Below, one piece after another: positions 1 to 5,096 of a DNA stretch of 11,784 nt. Below the pieces are notes generated by a model that saw only the letters and a program-made list of their open reading frames with translations, was not told the DNA's origin and did not search any database. The stretch is from a bacterium (lineage in GTDB: Bacteria; SM23-31; JAUVVT01): positions 1 through 11,784 of the forward strand of contig JAUVVT010000015.1 in NCBI GenBank assembly GCA_030604505.1, in the 5' to 3' direction. Made by a program: the position numbers and the translations under genes. The number at the start of each line of letters is the position of its first letter. The stretch's first letter is position 1.

Positions 1-1184
1 AAGATAAATATATATTGCAATATAATACCAATGATGTTATTGAAGGATTAAAAGATGTAATAAATATAGTCGGTGCAAAAAAGGGAGTAATCGCATTAAA
101 AAGAAAATATAGAAAAATTGTAAGTTTAATAAATGATGCTGTTAAGAATGAAGAAAATATAGAAACTTTTACACTCAATGATTTTTATCCGTCAGGAGAT
201 GAACATATACTTGTCAATGAAATTACAGGACTTGTTGTTCCGGAAGGTGGAATTCCTCTTGATATTGGAATACTTGTCAATAATGTTGAAACAATATTAA
301 ATATTAGAAATGCTCTAAAGGGGAATTCCGTGACCAGAAAAACCATATCGGTTATGGGGGCTGTCAAATATCCAAAAGTAATAAACGTTCCTATTGGTAT
401 TTCTATTAACGAGGTGATTGCACTCATTGGTGGAACAACTGTTTCGGATTTTTCTGTTATAGTTGGCGGACCGATGATGGGTGAGGTTATTAATGATTTG
501 GATATTCCTATAAACAAACTTACAGCAGGAATAATTATTCTGCCTGCGGATTCGTTTCTTGTAACAAGAAGCAAAATACCATTTGAAAGGAATCTGAGAT
601 TATCGGCATCTGTATGTCTTCAATGTATTGAATGTACAGTATTGTGCCCAAGAAATCTTCTTGGTCATTCAATCAAACCGAATGAGATTATGAGGTCAAT
701 AAATTATAAAAAGATTGAACCGACAGACATCTTTACCGCATCATTCCTTTGTTCAGAATGCGGTATATGTGAAATCTACGGCTGTATAATGGGAATTTCA
801 CCAAAAATGGTTTACGTCAGAGTAAAAAAAGAATTAATTGCTCAGGGGGTGAGAAACCCTCATAATAATAAAAAACCCGTTCCTAATAAATTCATAAAAG
901 AGAGAAGAATTCCTGTCGACAGGTTGACTAACAGGCTTCGGCTTCCTCAATACGATGTGATGCCGGAATATAACGATATGGAAGTAATTGCCTCAGATGT
1001 AAAAATAAATCTGCTTCAGCATTATGGCGTTCCGGCGGAACCTGTGGTTAAGGTCGGTGACCTCGTGAAAGAAGGAGAAGTAATTGGAAAAGTTCCTGAT
1101 GATAAAATCGGTGCTTATGTTCATGCATCTATTAAAGGAACTGTTGCAAATATAAATTCTGAATATATAGAAATAAAGGCATAA
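1..1184 (+). CDS. pduS: PduS-like RnfC-family Fe-S flavoprotein (cobalamin reductase homolog), 5' partial; the ORF is open to the window edge
   Basis: There is no in-frame stop between position 3 and the TTG at 15, and the translation lacks the N-terminal GxGGAGFP nucleotide-binding segment, so about 70 residues lie upstream of the window. Strong PduS-like blocks are present: GVIALKRKYRK, FYPSGDEHIL, IGILVNNVETILNI, VTRKTISVMGAV, VPIGISINEVIALIGG, GGPMMG. There are two ferredoxin-type Cys motifs, CLQCIECTVLCPRN (CX2CX2CX3CP) and CSECGICEIYGC. The C-terminal barrel-sandwich segment VVKVGDLVKEGEVIG...YVHASIKGTV resembles the RnfC N-terminal and PduS C-terminal domain. It ends at TAA 1182-1184. 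Confidence 0.8.
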   Translation, partial: DKYILQYNTNDVIEGLKDVINIVGAKKGVIALKRKYRKIVSLINDAVKNEENIETFTLNDFYPSGDEHILVNEITGLVVPEGGIPLDIGILVNNVETILNIRNALKGNSVTRKTISVMGAVKYPKVINVPIGISINEVIALIGGTTVSDFSVIVGGPMMGEVINDLDIPINKLTAGIIILPADSFLVTRSKIPFERNLRLSASVCLQCIECTVLCPRNLLGHSIKPNEIMRSINYKKIEPTDIFTASFLCSECGICEIYGCIMGISPKMVYVRVKKELIAQGVRNPHNNKKPVPNKFIKERRIPVDRLTNRLRLPQYDVMPEYNDMEVIASDVKINLLQHYGVPAEPVVKVGDLVKEGEVIGKVPDDKIGAYVHASIKGTVANINSEYIEIKA

Positions 1185-1201
1185 AATATAAAGGAAATAA
1201 A

Positions 1202-1816
1202 GTGAATAATTCAAATAAAGACATTAATAATAAATCCGATAATAAGAGTAATACCTTAAGTGATTATAAGATGCCTGCAATTGCATTACTGGAATTTTCG
1301 AGTATTGCCGCAGGAGTCTCTTCTACTGATGAAATGATAAAAAAGGCAAAGATCGAAGTATTGGAATCTTCTCCAATCTGTCCCGGAAAATATCTGCTTT
1401 TGATTGCTGGAGAAGAAGGAGAAGTCGAAGCATCTTTTAAAAAGGGAAAAGAAATTTCAGATGGTTGGATTGTTGATGAACTCTTTATTCCAAATATTCA
1501 TAAACAGGTAATTCCTGCTATTAATGCTACAACTCAGATTAAAGACCTGAAAGCTATTGGGGTTATTGAAACATTTTCAGTTGCATCAGCTATAATTGCG
1601 GCTGACCAATCCGTAAAGAATGCTAATATCGATTTGATTGAAATTCGGCTTGCAAAGGGAATCGGAGGTAAAGCATTTTATACTTTTACCGGTCCTCTTG
1701 AAGAAATAGAGGCGGCAGTGGTGGCAGGTTCGGAATACCCAGAAAGTGTCGGATTAATGGTAAATAAAATCATTATTCCAAATCCAGATAAAAACATCTA
1801 TGAATTTATTTTGTGA
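1202..1816 (+). CDS. pduT: BMC-T shell protein, PduT-like, with tandem BMC (Pfam00936) domains and a conserved pore cysteine
   Basis: Two BMC domains are visible: AIALLEFSSIAAGVSSTDEMIKKAKIEVL... and AIGVIETFSVASAIIAADQSVKNANIDLIEIRLAKGIGGKAFYTF. The match to Salmonella PduT is close: SSPICPGKYLLL vs KTICPGKFLLM, IPNIHKQVIPAI vs LANIHPSVLPAI, IIPNPDK vs VIPRPHE. The Cys in ICPGKY corresponds to the PduT Cys38 that ligates a 4Fe-4S cluster. The GTG start at 1202 has a good SD (AAGGA, 6-nt spacer). An alternative ATG at 1271 (MPAIALLEF) aligns exactly with the PduT N-terminus and would remove an N/K/S-rich 23-aa extension. Confidence 0.85.
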   Translation: MNNSNKDINNKSDNKSNTLSDYKMPAIALLEFSSIAAGVSSTDEMIKKAKIEVLESSPICPGKYLLLIAGEEGEVEASFKKGKEISDGWIVDELFIPNIHKQVIPAINATTQIKDLKAIGVIETFSVASAIIAADQSVKNANIDLIEIRLAKGIGGKAFYTFTGPLEEIEAAVVAGSEYPESVGLMVNKIIIPNPDKNIYEFIL

Positions 1817-1902
1817 TATGGTACAATTTACGAAGTTTGAGTTTTTCATTATAGCCAATTCGTAAATCTAAAATCGTGTTTTGTATTTACAGGAGACAAA
1901 CA

Positions 1903-2202
1903 GTGCATCTCGGAAGAGTAATAGGCAACATTACAGCAACCAGGAAATATTCTGAGCTAAAAGGAGAGAAATTTATGATAATTGAACCTGTTGACCATTC
2001 CCTCCAGAAAAAGGGTGTGTCGGTCATTGCGATTGATGTTGCTCAGGCTGGTGAAGGAGATATTGTATATTTCATCGAGGGTAGAGAAAGTACTTTCGCA
2101 CTCGATTTTTATTACGTCCCTGTTGACGCAACAATTGTGGGAATTGTTGATAACGTTTATAAGGATAAAATATTATTTGGAGAATCAAGTGATACTATGT
2201 AG
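1903..2202 (+). CDS. BMC-P vertex (pentamer) shell protein, EutN/PduN/CcmL family, paralog 1
   Basis: VHLGRVIGNITATRKY...KFMIIEPVD...VIAIDVAQAGEGDIVYF...ATIVGIVDNV is the typical EutN_CcmL (PF03319) pattern. The start is probably the GTG at 1903, 7 nt after AGGAGA (1890-1895); the ORF track begins at an upstream GTG at 1876. About 99 aa. TAG stop at 2200-2202. Confidence 0.8.
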   Translation: MHLGRVIGNITATRKYSELKGEKFMIIEPVDHSLQKKGVSVIAIDVAQAGEGDIVYFIEGRESTFALDFYYVPVDATIVGIVDNVYKDKILFGESSDTM

Positions 2203-2464
2203 AGTGCTCGGAAATGTTACTTCAACTGTAAAACATCCTGAATATTCTGGAAAGAGGATTATGCTTGTGCAGCCGGTAAATCCTGAAACCTGTGAACCGT
2301 TGAGCAAATCATTCTTGTCCGTCGATACAGTATCATCCGGACCGGGAGAGATTGTGCTTGTAAACAAAGAGGGTGGCTCATCACGAATTGCTGTACGAAA
2401 TGAATGGGCTCCTGTTCACAGCACTATTACTGCTATTGTTGATAGTATTGATTTAAAAAAATAA
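2189..2464 (+). CDS. BMC-P vertex (pentamer) shell protein, EutN/PduN/CcmL family, paralog 2
   Basis: VILCRVLGNVTSTVKHPEYSGKRIMLVQPV...SVDTVSSGPGEIVLVNKEGGSS...HSTITAIVDSI is parallel to paralog 1 and to EutN/CcmL. The GTG start at 2189 is preceded by GGAGAA (2179-2184) and overlaps the 3' end of paralog 1 by 14 nt in another frame. About 91 aa. The upstream part of the 1982..2464 ORF is an out-of-frame shadow of paralog 1. Confidence 0.75.
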   Translation: MILCRVLGNVTSTVKHPEYSGKRIMLVQPVNPETCEPLSKSFLSVDTVSSGPGEIVLVNKEGGSSRIAVRNEWAPVHSTITAIVDSIDLKK

Positions 2465-2469
2465 AGATT

Positions 2470-2584
2470 CAAAGACACAGAGGCACGAAGATGCAAGGAA
2501 GAAAATTGTCATGTTTGAATAAAAGAGCATATTATCTTGCTTAATATTTTTATATCTTTGTGCCCTTTAGACTCTGTGTCTTTG
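2470..2584. repeat. Perfect 13-bp inverted repeat (caaagacacagag / ctctgtgtctttg) plus an inner ggcac/gtgcc pair, enclosing ~73 nt. This could be a long RNA stem-loop or a MITE-like element.
   Basis: 2470-2482 is caaagacacagag, and 2572-2584 is its exact reverse complement. The inner 2482-2486 ggcac pairs with 2560-2564 gtgcc, leaving a 7-nt bulge on the 3' side. A tiny ORF, atgcaaggaagaaaattgtcatgtttgaataa (MQGRKLSCLNK), lies inside. Confidence 0.6.
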
Positions 2585-2609
2585 CAAATATATCTGTAGG
2601 ATATTATTT

Positions 2610-3395
2610 ATGCCAGAAAGAGAAGCGAGAACAGAAATGATTAAGGTTTGCAAAAGACTTTATCAAAAGGAATATGTTACTGCTTATGACGGGAATGTAT
2701 CTATAAAGCTTAGCAGTAATAGATTTCTGATGACTCCATCAGGATTCTGTAAGGGAGACCTGACAGAAAGAGATTTAATTGTTTGTGATAATGAAGGTAA
2801 AAATTTATCAGGAGCGTATGATGTAACTTCAGAAGTAGTGATGCATTTAGAGGCATTTCGACAAAGACCCGATATTAATGCTGTCGTCCACGCCCATCCG
2901 CCTCTGGCAACGGCTTTCAGTCTTGCCGGAATTTCTATTGCAAGGTGTATTCTTCCAGAGGTCATCTTTACGCTCGGTTCAATACCAACAACAGAATACG
3001 CAACACCGACCACCCCAGAAAATGCAGATGTAATAAAGGATTTGATTAAAACACATGATGCGATGATACTCGACAGGCACGGCTCGCTTACTGTTGGAAA
3101 GGATGTCTGGTCAGCATACTTTAAACTTGAAAAAATTGAGCATACTGCAAAAATTACATTTGTCGCAAGACAGCTCGGTTCAATTAAAACCCTTTCATCT
3201 GAACAATTGAAAGCGGTTGCTGTAATTGCAGAAAAATTCGGTGTGCAAAGTGTCATCCAGGATTGCTTTAATTGCGGTGCCTGCGGAAAAGAGGTATCGG
3301 AATCCTCCGATATTCAGCATTCCGATAAGAATGAAAATGTAATTGAAAATGTTTCTAATGCAATTACTAATGAAATACTTAAAACTTATGGCTGA
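2610..3395 (+). CDS. Class II aldolase/adducin-family protein (L-fuculose-1-phosphate / L-rhamnulose-1-phosphate aldolase-like) with a ~45-aa C-terminal extension, a putative BMC encapsulation peptide
   Basis: YDGNVSIK...MTPSG...E..MH...AVVHAHPPLATAF (HxH zinc ligands) is diagnostic of FucA/RhaD/AraD class II aldolases. The catalytic domain ends near residue 215. It is followed by CFNCGACG, an acidic/Ser linker, and the amphipathic ENVIENVSNAITNEILKTYG. An SD-like AGGA sits 8 nt upstream of the ATG. TGA stop. Confidence 0.8.
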   Translation: MPEREARTEMIKVCKRLYQKEYVTAYDGNVSIKLSSNRFLMTPSGFCKGDLTERDLIVCDNEGKNLSGAYDVTSEVVMHLEAFRQRPDINAVVHAHPPLATAFSLAGISIARCILPEVIFTLGSIPTTEYATPTTPENADVIKDLIKTHDAMILDRHGSLTVGKDVWSAYFKLEKIEHTAKITFVARQLGSIKTLSSEQLKAVAVIAEKFGVQSVIQDCFNCGACGKEVSESSDIQHSDKNENVIENVSNAITNEILKTYG

Positions 3396-3441
3396 TGAAA
3401 TTATTATTGAACTTTTTTAAAATTAAGATGTTTATATAATT

Positions 3442-3879
3442 ATGGAAATACTGAAAAGATACGGCTCGGTTGTTTCATTATCAGGAGGCATTGCATATGT
3501 CTTTATGAGACATGAGAATGAATGCTCCGGAGACCACAACCAGTGTCCTTTTAAGGACAGCCATGTAAATACTATAATGATGAAAGAGTTTATTATTACT
3601 GCGAATAATAAAATAAATTCAAAAATCGGGCAGTTTGTGGAAATATCGGTATCGGAAAAGAATTTAAGCCGGTTTGCATTTTTATTATTCATCTTTCCGC
3701 TGTTGATGATATCTTTAGGTGCTATGCTTGGATATTTCATATCTGATGATTTTACTTCATATAATAATTTATTTTCAGTAATCGGTGGAATTTTCGGACT
3801 TTTATTGAGTATATACATTATCAGATTAATAGAAAAAAGGTCTAAGAATTCCTTTAATATTACTAAAGTAATCGCCTAA
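3442..3879 (+). CDS. RseC/MucC-family (SoxR-reducing / sigma-E regulator C-like) small membrane Fe-S protein
   Basis: The N-terminal GSVVSLSGGIAYVFMRHENECSGDHNQCPF matches the RseC G.V.S...A.V...CS.C....C pattern. GQFVEISVSEKNL is followed by two hydrophobic helices (FAFLLFIFPLLMISLGAMLGYFI and VIGGIFGLLLSIYIIRLI), as in E. coli RseC (GQKVELGIAEGSLL..., ILGGIGGFLIA). Confidence 0.65.
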   Translation: MEILKRYGSVVSLSGGIAYVFMRHENECSGDHNQCPFKDSHVNTIMMKEFIITANNKINSKIGQFVEISVSEKNLSRFAFLLFIFPLLMISLGAMLGYFISDDFTSYNNLFSVIGGIFGLLLSIYIIRLIEKRSKNSFNITKVIA

Positions 3880-3966
3880 TAAATCTTCTTTAATTTATTT
3901 ACTTCTTTTTTTAGTCCAAAAATAGAAAAATATTATAGCAGCGAATTACACGAATTGCTTAAATGT

Positions 3967-3994
3967 TCACTGTTGGTGTTGTCACCAACGGTGA
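3967..3994 (+). terminator. Candidate rho-independent terminator hairpin downstream of the RseC-like gene
   Basis: tcactgttggtg-ttgt-caccaacggtga forms a 12-bp stem (one G.U pair) with a 4-nt loop, followed by ttaatttctcc. It sits in the 225-nt gap before the next gene. Confidence 0.35.
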
Positions 3995-4236
3995 TTAATT
4001 TCTCCAACAGAAAATAAAATTATAGATTATTAATAAACTATTTTTTATATTGTAAAAATTGTACCGCCAAAAAATTAACATTAAAAAATCAAGCTATACA
4101 AAAAATGAAATCAAAACCCGATTGTATCCCTTGTTATTTAAAGCAGGTTTTATCTGCTTCAAAAGAAGTAACTGATGATTCTTCCGAAATATGGAGGATT
4201 TGAGCAGAAACCTCAAAAATAATTCCCAACTTTTCA

Positions 4237-4965
4237 ATGGATGCATCACCTGCGGAAAATTCAACCTATTCAATTTGGAAGGCAAACGAAATATTTAACA
4301 CAAAAGATCCTTTTGAAAAAAAGAAAAAATACTACAATGAGAAAGCTCTTTCAATGTATCCGGAGTTAATAAAAATGGTCGAAGATTCTGAAGACAGCTT
4401 TGAAGCCGCAGCAAGAGTGGCTGTAATAGGAAATGTTATCGACCTCGGAATATCGACAAATATAAATATAGAAAAAGCCATAGAAGAAGTCTTTTCAAGC
4501 GGATTTTCAATAAATCACATTAATTTTCTAAAAAATGATCTGAAATCTGCAAAAATGCTATTATATCTCGGGGATAATGCCGGCGAAATAGTTTTTGATA
4601 GAATTTTTATCGAAGAAATAAAGAAGTATGGAGTAGAAGTTGTTTTTGCTGTTAAGAGTGCCCCTGTATTAAATGATGTTACGGCTGTTGATGCACATGG
4701 TACAGGTATAGATGAGATTGCAAAGGTCATTGAAACAGGTTCTCCTATGATCGGAGTGATTTTAAAAACATGTTCCGATGAATTTCTGAAATATTTTAAT
4801 GAGGCGGATATTATTATTAGTAAAGGGCAGGGAAACTTTGAAACATTGGACGAAACAGATGCAAATATTTATTTTATTCTAAAAGCAAAATGTGATGTCG
4901 TTGCTGAAAGACTTAATGTTAAAATCGGTGACGTAATGCTGATTAAGAATAAAATTCTGAAATAA
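4237..4965 (+). CDS. DUF89 / ARMT1-like metal-dependent (damage-control) phosphatase. The conserved N-terminal 32 codons (4105-4200) are in the same frame but cut off by an in-frame TGA at 4201-4203.
   Basis: GNVIDLG, LGDNAGEIVFD and SKGQGNFE are DUF89 (PF01937) signatures. Upstream, ATG 4105 encodes MKSKPDCIPCYLKQVLSASKEVTDDSSEIWRI, the family's CxxC N-terminus, then TGA, then AETSKIIPNFS and the Met at 4237, all in one frame. It is either a pseudogene or sequencing error, or a recoded or read-through stop. Confidence 0.7.
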   Translation: MDASPAENSTYSIWKANEIFNTKDPFEKKKKYYNEKALSMYPELIKMVEDSEDSFEAAARVAVIGNVIDLGISTNINIEKAIEEVFSSGFSINHINFLKNDLKSAKMLLYLGDNAGEIVFDRIFIEEIKKYGVEVVFAVKSAPVLNDVTAVDAHGTGIDEIAKVIETGSPMIGVILKTCSDEFLKYFNEADIIISKGQGNFETLDETDANIYFILKAKCDVVAERLNVKIGDVMLIKNKILK

Positions 4966-5096
4966 CAAAAAAAATTTCTGAAGTATGGAATATAAACTGC
5001 AGTGAGTAAGTTAAATAAAGTGAAAGAAAATATCTTCATATTTAGTCAAACAAATAGCATGAAAAATGTTAAATAAAGAATAACTGTGTTTTTCCA

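Noticed and set aside
185-574. The 129-aa ORF on the - strand inside the PduS-like gene. Similar antisense ORFs occur at 993-1214, 2185-2367, 2684-3256, 3432-3818, 4094-4285, 4515-4730, 5558-5794, 8078-8374, 8256-8717, 9201-9557, and on the + strand at 10245-10481 and 11175-11378.
   Set aside because: All are embedded in, and antisense or out of frame to, ORFs with clear family signatures. They have low-complexity compositions typical of shadow frames in AT-rich DNA and no RBS support.
1982-2188. The N-terminal 69 codons of the 160-aa ORF 1982-2464
   Set aside because: This part is an alternate-frame read-through of BMC-P paralog 1. The EutN-like sequence only begins at the GTG at 2189, which has its own SD.
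2482-2496. Sigma-54-like -24/-12 motif (aGGCACGaagaTGCA). A similar motif aGCACGaagaTTGCg occurs at 11540-11554.
   Set aside because: The first has GG-to-GC spacing one nt too short for TGGCAC-N5-TTGC. The second has the right spacing but replaces the invariant GG with GC. The shared 10-mer gcacgaagat is expected by chance in 11.8 kb.
3880-4104. Possible small RNA or tRNA in the 225-nt gap after the RseC-like gene
   Set aside because: Apart from the single hairpin at 3967-3994, the region is AT-rich with no cloverleaf-compatible GC-rich arms. The downstream part turned out to be the N-terminal coding segment of the DUF89 gene.
4201-4203. Genome-wide UGA-as-sense recoding (genetic code 4 or 25) as the explanation for the in-frame TGA in the DUF89 gene
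   Set aside because: Three genes in the window end at TGA (1814-1816, 3393-3395, 7311-7313). For the aldolase, reading through leads into immediate further TGAs. Protein lengths match family norms only if TGA is a stop.
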